From Candidatus Saccharimonadota bacterium (GTDB lineage Bacteria > Patescibacteriota > Saccharimonadia > Saccharimonadales > JACOTW01): DNA of 48,402 nt. The notes under the pieces were generated by a model. That model did no database searches, had not been told where the DNA came from, and saw only the letters and a program-made list of their open reading frames with translations. Shown one piece after another: positions 1 to 8,422 of the stretch; positions within the stretch are counted from its first letter, which is position 1; the number at the start of each line of letters is the position of its first letter. The position numbers and the translations under genes were made by a program. The stretch is taken from contig JACOTW010000003.1 of assembly GCA_016178135.1 (NCBI GenBank), positions 66,472 to 114,873 on the forward strand, read 5' to 3'.

Positions 1-3000
1 AGGCGTCATACAGACAAAGAGGCAGTTAAAGACAAGACCTACTATCATTTAATTCTGATCGCCATGAATGAAACTGGCTATAAGAATCTCATGCGACTTT
101 CTACGATTGCCAATCTGGATGGTTTTTATTACAAACCTCGTATTGACCATGAGCTTTTAGAAAAATATAACGAAGGCTTAATTGTGCTTTCTGGCTGTAT
201 CGGTGGTGAGGTAGGCGATGCCTTGCGTCAGGATCAGTTTGATCAAGCAAAACAAATAGCTACATGGTATAAAACAATCTTCGGAGATCGCTATTATCTT
301 GAAGTCCAGGATCATGGGCATAAAGATCACCCAAAAGCCTGGCAAGAACAGGTTGTGGTAACTGAAGAAACTTTTAAGCTTTCTGAAGAGCTGAATATTC
401 CTTGTGTTGTTACCTGCGATGCCCATTATCTAAAACCGGAAGATCAAGAAGCTCATGAGATTTTGCTTTGCGTACAAACCGCCTCATTTTTAGATGATGA
501 AAACCGTATGAGTTTACAAAACTTTGATCTGCATGTTACTGACCCAAAAGAAATTATCAAACGTTGGGGCAAAGACCATCCAGAAATAATAAAAAATACC
601 AAAATAATTGCCGATAAATGTAATGTAGAAATAAAGCTGGGGAGCTACCTGATACCTAAGTTTCCAGTACCAAAAAGCGAAACTGAAAAAAGTTTTTTAG
701 ATAAATTAACGTACGCTGGACTTGTTCGTCGTTATGCACCTGACAAAAGTAGCGAAGGCACAGTAGCCGCATTAAAAAAACGTCTGCCAAAATCCGTAGT
801 TGAACGCGCTGAATATGAACTTGGCGTAATTGATCACATGGGTTTTAACGGCTATTTTTTGATAGTACAAGATTTCATTAATTGGGGTAAGGATCAAGAA
901 GGTATTGTGTTTGGGCCAGGACGTGGCAGTGGTGCCGCATCAATCGTGGCCTACGCCTTACATATTGCCGAAATAGACCCGTTAGCATATAACTTGATGT
1001 TTGAACGATTTTTGAATCCAGATCGTATTTCGATGCCTGATTTTGACATTGATATCCAAGATGATCGTCGGGACGAGGTTATCCAGTACTGCGTTAAAAA
1101 ATATGGTACTGATCGGGTGGCAAATATTGTTACTTTTGGACGTATGGCTGCTAGAAATGCCGTTCGTGATGTAGCGCGAGTCCTGAAAGTTCCTTACGCG
1201 GAAGCCGATAGATTAGCGAAGATGATCCCCCCTCCCCTGCAGGGGCGTCATATACAGCTGGCGACCTCACTTAAAGAAAATAATGATTTAAGACAGGAAT
1301 ACAACACCAATGAGATTTCTAAAAGAGTCTTTGATCTTGCCGTGCAGCTTGAAGGTACTATTAGGAATCATGGCGTTCATGCAGCCGGTGTTATTATCGC
1401 TCCAGACGACATAGCTTGTTTTACCCCCCTTGAAATGGCTCAAAAAGGTGTAGTAGCTACACAGTATTCAATGGGCCCAATTGAAGAGCTTGGTTTATTT
1501 AAGATAGATTTTCTGGGACTTTCTAACCTGACTATTATTAAAAATACCTTGAGAATCATTAAAAAAGTTTTTAAGGAAGACATTGACATCAATGCTATTT
1601 CTTTGCATGACAAGAAAACTTTTGAATTATTGGCACGCGGAGATACCACTGGTGTTTTTCAGCTTGAATCCGCTGGCATGAAGCGATATCTAAAGGATTT
1701 GAAGCCGACCGTTTTCGAAGATATTATCGCCATGGTTGCACTCTATAGACCCGGGCCTATGGCCGAGTTACCACGTTTTATCGAAGGCAAAAATAACCCA
1801 GCCAACGTAACCTATCCGCACCCTTCATTAAAACCAATTCTAGGTGATACCTATGGAGTGATGGTTTTTCAGGAACAGATAATAGCCTTATTGCAACTAA
1901 TTGCTGGTTATACACCCGGTGAAGCAGACTTGATACGAAAAGCTATAGGGAAGAAAAAACGCGATATCATGAATGCTGAACAGCCACGTTTCATAGAAGG
2001 TTGTTTAAAGCGCGGACTAACAAAAGCTGGGGCGGAAAAACTTTGGGCGCTCATACAGCCATTTGCCGACTATTCATTTAATAAAGCTCATGCAGCTTGC
2101 TATGGCTTGATAGCTTATCAGACTGCCTATTTGAAGGCCCATCATCCGACCGCCTTCATGGCGGCACTTATGACTAGTGATAATGATGATACTGATCGTT
2201 TAGCAATTGAGATTACTGAATGCAAACACATGGGCATAGAGGTGTTGCCTCCAGACATCAATGAGTCATTCGTAGAATTTGGCGTAGTACCAGAAACTAA
2301 GCAAATTCGTTTTGGTATGGCTGCCATCAAGAATGTTGGGACGGGTGCGGTAGAGGAAATAATTCGTGCTAGGCAAATCGGAGGTTATTTTACAAATCTC
2401 GAAGATTTTTTTAGTAAGGTTAACATACGAATAGTAAATCGCAAGGCTCTGGAGAGTCTTATTAAGGCGGGGGCATTGGATCGTTTTGAAGATCGTAGTG
2501 TTTTGTTACATAACCTTGACAGGTTACTGGCTTATGCTGCTCGACTGCAAAAGCAAGCTAGCAGTGGTCAGGCTGATTTATTTGGTAATCTTTTAGAAGA
2601 GACCACCAGGCCGAGGCTGTCCTTGGAAGCCGCCGCCGTGAATTTTACTGATCATGAGCAGTTGGTTTGGGAACGGGAGTTACTCGGGTTGTATCTTAGC
2701 CAACATCCCCTTCAGGCATTTGAAGTTCTTTTAGTTGAGCAATCTATTCCGATCAGTTCTCTAAAAGCTGAACATGACAATAAATCTGTAAGTGTTGGTG
2801 GTGCCATACAAGAAATGCGTGAAATTACCACCAAAAACGGCCAGAAAATGGCTTTTGTCAGAATTGGCGATCAGTTTGGAGAAATAGAACTCATTCTTTT
2901 TCCGAGTATTTATCAGCAAACCACCGGCATATGGGAACGTGATAAAGTCATATTGGCCAAAGGTAAGGTAACTGCTAGAGATCGTGAAGGTAATTTGATT

Positions 3001-3378
3001 CAAGATATCAAAGTGCTTGTCAATGATGCTCGTGAAATTACCCCCGAACAAGCCGCTGCCTATCAAGCGACTGGTAAAAAACCCAAGCCACCAAAGCAAC
3101 CAAGTTCCATCACGGTACCCATTACGACTCCATCTGTTACCCAGAAACCATTGTCCAAGTTATATATTAGGCTTGAAGATAGCGATAATTCTGATATCTT
3201 GTTGTCGTTAAAGGCCATCATTGATGATCACGAGGGAAGTACTGCCGAGGTAGTTTTGGTTTTGGGGCCGGCAGAACAAAAACAAGTGGTGAAATTACCG
3301 ATGCGCATAAATCAAGAGTCCGAAGTATTGACTAAGCTCCAATCTCTAGTAGGAGCTGAAAACGTTAAGCTTCAGTAG
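1..3378 (+). CDS. dnaE: DNA polymerase III alpha subunit, N-terminus runs off the 5' edge of the window
   Basis: The frame is open from nt 1 (..YYHLILIAMNETGYKNL..). Pol III alpha motifs are present: GPGRGSGAASIVAYAL, PDFDIDI, HAAGVIIAP, FNKAHAACYG. An OB-fold region and C-terminal tail follow. Confidence 0.95.
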   Translation, partial: RRHTDKEAVKDKTYYHLILIAMNETGYKNLMRLSTIANLDGFYYKPRIDHELLEKYNEGLIVLSGCIGGEVGDALRQDQFDQAKQIATWYKTIFGDRYYLEVQDHGHKDHPKAWQEQVVVTEETFKLSEELNIPCVVTCDAHYLKPEDQEAHEILLCVQTASFLDDENRMSLQNFDLHVTDPKEIIKRWGKDHPEIIKNTKIIADKCNVEIKLGSYLIPKFPVPKSETEKSFLDKLTYAGLVRRYAPDKSSEGTVAALKKRLPKSVVERAEYELGVIDHMGFNGYFLIVQDFINWGKDQEGIVFGPGRGSGAASIVAYALHIAEIDPLAYNLMFERFLNPDRISMPDFDIDIQDDRRDEVIQYCVKKYGTDRVANIVTFGRMAARNAVRDVARVLKVPYAEADRLAKMIPPPLQGRHIQLATSLKENNDLRQEYNTNEISKRVFDLAVQLEGTIRNHGVHAAGVIIAPDDIACFTPLEMAQKGVVATQYSMGPIEELGLFKIDFLGLSNLTIIKNTLRIIKKVFKEDIDINAISLHDKKTFELLARGDTTGVFQLESAGMKRYLKDLKPTVFEDIIAMVALYRPGPMAELPRFIEGKNNPANVTYPHPSLKPILGDTYGVMVFQEQIIALLQLIAGYTPGEADLIRKAIGKKKRDIMNAEQPRFIEGCLKRGLTKAGAEKLWALIQPFADYSFNKAHAACYGLIAYQTAYLKAHHPTAFMAALMTSDNDDTDRLAIEITECKHMGIEVLPPDINESFVEFGVVPETKQIRFGMAAIKNVGTGAVEEIIRARQIGGYFTNLEDFFSKVNIRIVNRKALESLIKAGALDRFEDRSVLLHNLDRLLAYAARLQKQASSGQADLFGNLLEETTRPRLSLEAAAVNFTDHEQLVWERELLGLYLSQHPLQAFEVLLVEQSIPISSLKAEHDNKSVSVGGAIQEMREITTKNGQKMAFVRIGDQFGEIELILFPSIYQQTTGIWERDKVILAKGKVTARDREGNLIQDIKVLVNDAREITPEQAAAYQATGKKPKPPKQPSSITVPITTPSVTQKPLSKLYIRLEDSDNSDILLSLKAIIDDHEGSTAEVVLVLGPAEQKQVVKLPMRINQESEVLTKLQSLVGAENVKLQ

Positions 3379-3470
3379 ACACTTTGTCCCAGCTCACATC
3401 TGAACGGCTCCGATTTACTACTCCGCCAAACAGACATCACATTCCAGCCTGCCCCGATTCCTGACTATTA

Positions 3471-3613
3471 TATAGCCCCCGCAAAACAAATTCCCGACTT
3501 TTCGAATCACCCTCTTTGGCCCAAAACCGCCTTTCCTCGTTCAACGTATCTAAGGATATGTCTCTCTCGGAAAAGTCAGTTTTTGACTCAAAGATCATTG
3601 CTTCAAAAACCCA
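3471..3613 (+). repeat. Family-A repeat copy 1 (subfamily A1), 3' TIR degenerate
   Basis: Starts TATAGCCCCCGCAAAACAAATTC. It differs at 2 of 143 positions from copy 32195-32361. The match is lost after 3613. Confidence 0.9.
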
Positions 3614-4430
3614 GGATAAATGTTTCACCCTCCTTGAGTGCTCTTTTGATCGCCAGACCGTGTTTTATAACTAAATACACCACCACTGCGCCTATGAATA
3701 GTCCGGCAGCGAAAGTCGTCCATGGGGCTTGTCCGTTGGTGAGTGTTTGGATATGACTTACGGCAATGGTCGCTGATTTATGCATGGGATTTTCAGTGGA
3801 AAGAGCGGAGGGTGATGACGGAGTTGTTGATATTCCTTTTACGCGTGATCCATACATAGCAACGACGACTGTTTCAGGGCCGGTATTTTGGTAGTTACTA
3901 GAATTAGCATAACCAAAACCAACCTCGCTATATGCCGAATCCAGTAAATTAGCACGATGATCCTCGCTGTTCATCCAGCCTGCCACGATGTTGTTGCTGG
4001 TATCAAAGCCGTAAGCTAGATTTTCTCCGGCTTTTTGATATTTGTAGTCGGCTTGCTGTATGAATGCCCAGGGCTCTTGCCCATCCGGCGTAGTATGCGA
4101 CCAGTAATTACGGGCAACCATGTCATTGGCCTTAGCTTGTGCAGCTGCTGTTAATTGATTGTTGATACCAAGGGCTGATTGGTTATTTTGAGTTCGTTGA
4201 TAGTTTGTTGCTACCAGCAAACTATCTTGACTAATATTAGTACTGTAAGCCAGGATACCCTTATTATTCATCGGTGGCTTGAAGTTGCCCAGTAAAACCC
4301 CTACACCAATCACTAAAAGCAAGGGTAGGTATGGCAAATAGACCTTTTTATAGTGATGGCCGTGGTTGTGGTGTAGGCCACGCCGTTTTTTGTCAGTGAT
4401 TGATGTTTTCTTTCGGGTTTTCATAACCAT
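3603..4430 (-). CDS. CAP/SCP (PR-1-like, YkwD-type) domain protein with N-terminal membrane anchor
   Basis: TM helix LPYLPLLLVIGVGVLLG. CAP motifs NYWSHTTPDG, GENLAYGF, AGWMNSEDHRANLL, VGFGYA. The stop codon lies inside family-A copy 1. Confidence 0.8.
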   Translation of the reverse strand: MVMKTRKKTSITDKKRRGLHHNHGHHYKKVYLPYLPLLLVIGVGVLLGNFKPPMNNKGILAYSTNISQDSLLVATNYQRTQNNQSALGINNQLTAAAQAKANDMVARNYWSHTTPDGQEPWAFIQQADYKYQKAGENLAYGFDTSNNIVAGWMNSEDHRANLLDSAYSEVGFGYANSSNYQNTGPETVVVAMYGSRVKGISTTPSSPSALSTENPMHKSATIAVSHIQTLTNGQAPWTTFAAGLFIGAVVVYLVIKHGLAIKRALKEGETFILGF

Positions 4431-4447
4431 TATAGGTATTGTAACCG

Positions 4448-4942
4448 TTATTTCACGGTTGTAAAATGAAACAAGGCCATAGCTGTAGCTTGGACAACAT
4501 TAAAGGATTCTTTCTTGCCCAACATAGGTATCTCTAAGATTACTGAACACAGAGACAGTATCTCGGCATCCAAGCCACTAACTTCGTTACCTATGATTAG
4601 GGCGATTTTTGGCGGTGGCGTGAATTGGGCTAAATTGATGGCTTTTTGATGTTGTTCGAGTCCTGCGATGATAAAACCCTCTTGCTTGAGTTGCTTTAAA
4701 ACGGGTTCAATCTGTTCGCTATGTCGCCAATCAATAAGTTTTTCTGCACCTAGGGCTGTTTTATGTATTTGGGCGTTTAGTTTGCGAGCTATATGTGGCA
4801 GTCGTGTGTCGTTCTCTTTAGAGGGATAGGGGGTATGTCCCGTAAGCCATACGTCGGTAATACCCAGGCCTTCCGTGGTACGTAACAATGACCCAACGTT
4901 ATGGCAACTACGTAAATTGTGAACTATTAATGAATATTTCAT
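4448..4942 (-). CDS. SpoU/TrmH-family RNA 2'-O-methyltransferase
   Basis: HNVGSLLRT, IIGNEVSGL and SFNVVQATAMALF motifs are typical of SPOUT methyltransferases. Confidence 0.8.
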   Translation of the reverse strand: MKYSLIVHNLRSCHNVGSLLRTTEGLGITDVWLTGHTPYPSKENDTRLPHIARKLNAQIHKTALGAEKLIDWRHSEQIEPVLKQLKQEGFIIAGLEQHQKAINLAQFTPPPKIALIIGNEVSGLDAEILSLCSVILEIPMLGKKESFNVVQATAMALFHFTTVK

Positions 4943-4949
4943 ATAAGCT

Positions 4950-5029
4950 ATCTTACACGAGTTTGCGACAGGTCCAGCTTAGCTGTTCCGGATAGGGCAA
5001 TGAAAAAGTGCGAACCCCGTGTCTTACTA
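4950..5029. promoter_or_regulatory. Divergent promoter-like region built from an inverted pair of motif C / family-B end
   Basis: Minus strand: CTGGACCTGTCGCAAACTCGTG-TAAGAT-7nt-ATG (trmH-like gene). Plus strand: CAATGAAAAAGTGCGAACCCCGTG followed by a weak -10 upstream of the pilB-like gene. Confidence 0.4.
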
Positions 5030-5061
5030 AATTTCTCTTCTTATGCTTAAATAAGACCACT

Positions 5062-6663
5062 ATGAGTCAAGATGCTAGACGTGATGAAGAACTGGCTACC
5101 CAGCGTCGGGCCCGGATTTTGGGCCTTGATTATGTAGATACCTCCAATATGCCTAGCCAGCCACTCTATAAAGATATTTTAACAACTAAAGATTTGTATG
5201 ATTTTCGCATCATACCACTACAAACAGATCAAAATCATATTATTTTTGGAGTAACCAATACGACATCTCAACAGACTATGAGTAGTTTGCGTCAGAATTT
5301 TATGGATCATCGTGTCAATTTTGCACTTATTTCTGACACCGGCTATCAGCAATACATGAAGCTGTATGATCCACCAAAAGAAGTTGTATACCATGACATT
5401 ACCATTCAATCCACGGGTAATGAAGAGTTAGTACGATCCGTTTCAGAAACACTTGATCAGGTTCGAGCTGATGACATGCTAGCATATCTGGTACAACAAG
5501 CTCATCGTCTAAACGCGTCAGATATTCACCTGGAGACGCAGACAGATTACATACGTATAAGGATCAGGATTGATGGCATACTGCACAAAATCGCTCGTTT
5601 AAGTCATGAAAAGTACAGGATATTAATTTCGGCCATTGCCAGTGCCGGTAATATATCAACCGCTTCCGAGGAATCCCAACAAGGTCATATTGCTCAACGA
5701 GTACGCATGGCTGACGGGAGTAACGTAGATGTAAACGTTCGTCTAGAGACCGTACCAACAACCAATGGTATAGATGTTGTTATGAGACTTTTTAATATGA
5801 ATCAAGATATGTACAATCTGGAAAAACTTGGGCTATCGGAACAAGAGCGTGCTGTCGTGGATGAAATTATCGCTAAACCTAGTGGTTTAGTTTTGGTGGT
5901 CGGCCCGACTGGTTCTGGTAAAACGACTACGCTCTACTCCATGTTAAATAGTTTAAATAACGAAGACCGTAAGATAATTACCATAGAAGACCCTGTCGAA
6001 TATCAATTTGAAGGTATTACTCAGATTTCGGTAGCAACTAAGTCGGCCGACGAAACAAGTTTTGCTGAAAAACTTCGGGCAGTACTTAGGCTTGATCCTG
6101 ATGTTGTGATGGTTGGTGAGATTCGAGATATTGATACTGCAAAGACTGCGTTGCAGGCATCACTGACTGGCCATCTTGTTCTCTCTACTTTTCATGCTGC
6201 GTCAGCTGCCGCCGCCATAACTAGGCTCATGGACGTGGTAAGGGAGAATCCGTTATTTGTTTCAGCTATACGCTTAATAATGGCCCAACGTCTAGTAAGA
6301 CGGCTTGATGATGCAACCAAACAAGCTTATGAGCCAGACGCGCGTACCCTAGAAAAGCTTCAGGAAATCATAAGTACGTTACCTGAAAATATTGAGCGCC
6401 CAGATCTAGGTGATCTACTGCTATATAGTCCTGGCAGTTCCGCAGAAAATCCATACGGTTTTCGTGGTCAGCTTGCTTTGCGCGAACAGTTTCTTATGAC
6501 GGGCGAAATTCGTCGCCTCGTAGAGCACGGTAAAATTTTATCTTCCCAAGAAATTGAAGAAGCTGCTATTAAAAGTGGAATGCATACAATGTTGCAGGAT
6601 GGGATTTTGAAAGTGATAGCAGGGGAAACCACCATAGAAGAGGTTTATCGTGTAGTGGGCTGA
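5062..6663 (+). CDS. Type IV pilus assembly / type II secretion ATPase (GspE/PilB family)
   Basis: Walker A GPTGSGKTTT, Asp box, Walker B VVMVGEIRD, His box. Start placed at MSQDARRDEE; the 18 upstream codons of the listed ORF overlap the promoter motif. Confidence 0.85.
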   Translation: MSQDARRDEELATQRRARILGLDYVDTSNMPSQPLYKDILTTKDLYDFRIIPLQTDQNHIIFGVTNTTSQQTMSSLRQNFMDHRVNFALISDTGYQQYMKLYDPPKEVVYHDITIQSTGNEELVRSVSETLDQVRADDMLAYLVQQAHRLNASDIHLETQTDYIRIRIRIDGILHKIARLSHEKYRILISAIASAGNISTASEESQQGHIAQRVRMADGSNVDVNVRLETVPTTNGIDVVMRLFNMNQDMYNLEKLGLSEQERAVVDEIIAKPSGLVLVVGPTGSGKTTTLYSMLNSLNNEDRKIITIEDPVEYQFEGITQISVATKSADETSFAEKLRAVLRLDPDVVMVGEIRDIDTAKTALQASLTGHLVLSTFHAASAAAAITRLMDVVRENPLFVSAIRLIMAQRLVRRLDDATKQAYEPDARTLEKLQEIISTLPENIERPDLGDLLLYSPGSSAENPYGFRGQLALREQFLMTGEIRRLVEHGKILSSQEIEEAAIKSGMHTMLQDGILKVIAGETTIEEVYRVVG

Positions 6664-6671
6664 ACGATATA

Positions 6672-6769
6672 CTGGACTTACCCAAAACCCCTCCATCCCC
6701 AGATCGAATTCTATCGGCTACAAACGGTTTTTCTTCTCTCGATGTAGCTAAGGCTACCTCTCCTTCAGA
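6672..6769 (+). repeat. Family-B left half (TIR plus internal segment) fused to family-A copy 2
   Basis: CTGGACTTACCC..CCCCAGATCGAATTCTATCGGCT..CTTCTCTCGATGTAGCTAAGGCTACCTCTCCTTCAGA aligns with 37169-37265. Confidence 0.8.
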
Positions 6770-6909
6770 TATAGCCCCCGCAAAACAAATTAACGGCTTT
6801 TTGAACCGCCCTCTCCGGTCAAAAGCTGTCTTTCCTCATTCACCTTATCTAATGATATGCTTCCCTCGGAAAAGCCAGTTTTTGACTCGAAGATCATCGG
6901 CTCCAAAAC
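6770..6909 (+). repeat. Family-A repeat copy 2 (subfamily A2), lacks 3' TIR
   Basis: Same 5' TIR. It differs at about 5 of 140 positions from copy 8439-8579. Confidence 0.9.
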
Positions 6910-6933
6910 GTACATGACTGTGATGTACGGGCT

Positions 6934-7182
6934 TTGGTGCTTAAGTATCCTGGCTCAGGAATTGTTACTCAGTTTAGGTTTACTTGTCCTGAAGACAAGC
7001 TTCCAGCTATGAAAAATTGCAATCAGAGGATTTTGGGTTTATTGACTACAGCAGGGGTGGGCATTGATGTTATAGAAATGCCCGAACGTGATACTCCAGA
7101 ACAGGGTAATAAACCATTAACGGATAATGATGTGACTGATTTTATGTTTGACTTACATTATCTTCCTGAAATTTCGAGTTAA
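6934..7182 (+). CDS. Hypothetical small protein (doubtful)
   Basis: Only an ORF that fills the gap. It has a TTG start, and I recognise no motif. Confidence 0.25.
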   Translation: MVLKYPGSGIVTQFRFTCPEDKLPAMKNCNQRILGLLTTAGVGIDVIEMPERDTPEQGNKPLTDNDVTDFMFDLHYLPEISS

Positions 7183-7190
7183 AATAGAAT

Positions 7191-8324
7191 TTAACGAATA
7201 ATTGCGGCAATGGCCGGCACTAAACGTTCGTCAAGTACGCTTGGGACTATCATGTTTGCTGAAGGTTCTTGGACTAGGCTCGCAATAACTTCAGCGGCAT
7301 TGATTTTATGTTGATCGGTTATTTTATTAACGCGGTTGTCTAACGCGCCGCGAAAAATACCCGGAAAGGCCAAGGCATTATTGACTTGATTTGGAAAATC
7401 ACTTCGGCCTGTCGCTACAATTGCCGCACCTGCTAATCTAGCATCAGCGGGCATTATTTCTGGCGTTGGGTTGGCCATCGCAAAAATAATTGCACCTTTG
7501 GCCATACTCTGGATCATTTTAGTAGTTACCAGTCCTGCTTGTGATACGCCAATGAAAATGTCCGCATTTTCCATGGCGTCTTCCAGCGTACCTTCCACTG
7601 CATTGGAATTTGTGAATTCTAGCAGCTTCCTCTTTTCAAAAGTAAGTCCTGGGCGATTTTTGCTAATAATTCCTTGGCTATCGACAGCCAATATAACCGG
7701 TCTGGCATATCTATAAAGTAACTTCATTATAGCTGTTCCGGCTGCACCCGCGCCTACGCAGACTACTCGACAGCTATGCAGATCCTTGCCAGTCACTTTC
7801 ATGGCGTTTATAAGTCCAGCGAGCACAACTATAGCCGTACCATGTTGATCGTCGTGCATTACGGGAATATTGAGTTCAGCTTTGATGCGGTCTTCTACTT
7901 CAAAACAAATTGGTGCGGCAATATCTTCTAGGTTTATGCCGCCAAAACTGGGGGCTATAGCGGTAACAGCTGCCACGATCTCGTCAGCCGTGTGTACATT
8001 TAAGACAATCGGCACAGCATCAATACCGGCAAAATGCTTGAAAAGCATGGCCTTGCCTTCCATGACAGGCAGAGCACCATAAGGACCAATATTCCCAAGT
8101 CCCAGTACAGCTGAACCATCAGAAACAATTGCTACGGAGTTATTCAGCCAGGTATAATCTCTAGCTTCCTCTGGATGTGCTGCGACATAGCTCGAAACAG
8201 CGGCGACTCCCGGGGTGTAGTAAGTGCTTAATTTTTCTTGGGTATCCAGAGTGTCCTTGAGTGTAACCTCAATCTTGCCCCTTAATTCTTTGTGTTTTTT
8301 GAGCGCCTTTTCCTGGTAGTCCAT
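7191..8324 (-). CDS. NAD(P)-dependent malic enzyme (short prokaryotic type)
   Basis: LSTYYTPGVA, VSDGSAVLGLGNIGP, FGGINLEDI, HDDQHGTAIV and VGAGAAG are typical malic enzyme motifs. Confidence 0.9.
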   Translation of the reverse strand: MDYQEKALKKHKELRGKIEVTLKDTLDTQEKLSTYYTPGVAAVSSYVAAHPEEARDYTWLNNSVAIVSDGSAVLGLGNIGPYGALPVMEGKAMLFKHFAGIDAVPIVLNVHTADEIVAAVTAIAPSFGGINLEDIAAPICFEVEDRIKAELNIPVMHDDQHGTAIVVLAGLINAMKVTGKDLHSCRVVCVGAGAAGTAIMKLLYRYARPVILAVDSQGIISKNRPGLTFEKRKLLEFTNSNAVEGTLEDAMENADIFIGVSQAGLVTTKMIQSMAKGAIIFAMANPTPEIMPADARLAGAAIVATGRSDFPNQVNNALAFPGIFRGALDNRVNKITDQHKINAAEVIASLVQEPSANMIVPSVLDERLVPAIAAIIR

Positions 8325-8392
8325 AAATATAGCATAACAGATAATCTATTAAATAGGACTTTCACACTTGGCTGTTCAGGTGTAATCTGGGG

Positions 8393-8422
8393 CAATGGAG
8401 AGGTGTGAAATTCGTGTAGATA
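8393..8422 (+). promoter_or_regulatory. Motif C plus -10-like hexamer upstream of recG
   Basis: CAATGGAGAGGTGTGAAATTCGTG-TAGATA. A related half site (GTGTGAAAGTCC, 8356-8367, minus strand) faces the malic enzyme gene. Confidence 0.35.

Noticed and set aside
3437-3628. ORFs reading through family-A copies on both strands: 3437..3628(-), 14931..15191(-), 15020..15217(+), 24911..25240(+), 24927..25211(-), 24988..25224(-) and 32145..32390(+). This includes an ATG-initiated peptide MIFESKTDFSERDISLDTLNEERRFWAKEGDSKSREFVLRGLY that is also open in subfamily A2.
   Set aside because: I compared A1 and A2 codon by codon in that frame. Five codons have synonymous changes and 13 have non-synonymous changes, about the neutral expectation. 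The two clearest double substitutions preserve base pairing, not amino acids. The open frames are better explained as a property of the repeat, possibly tolerated when it lands in genes, than as a conserved peptide gene.
5008-5061. The upstream start (MRTPCLTKFLFLCLNKTT) for the PilB-like ATPase.
   Set aside because: These 18 codons overlap the motif-C promoter module and look non-proteinaceous. Homology-like sequence begins at MSQDARRDEE (5062).
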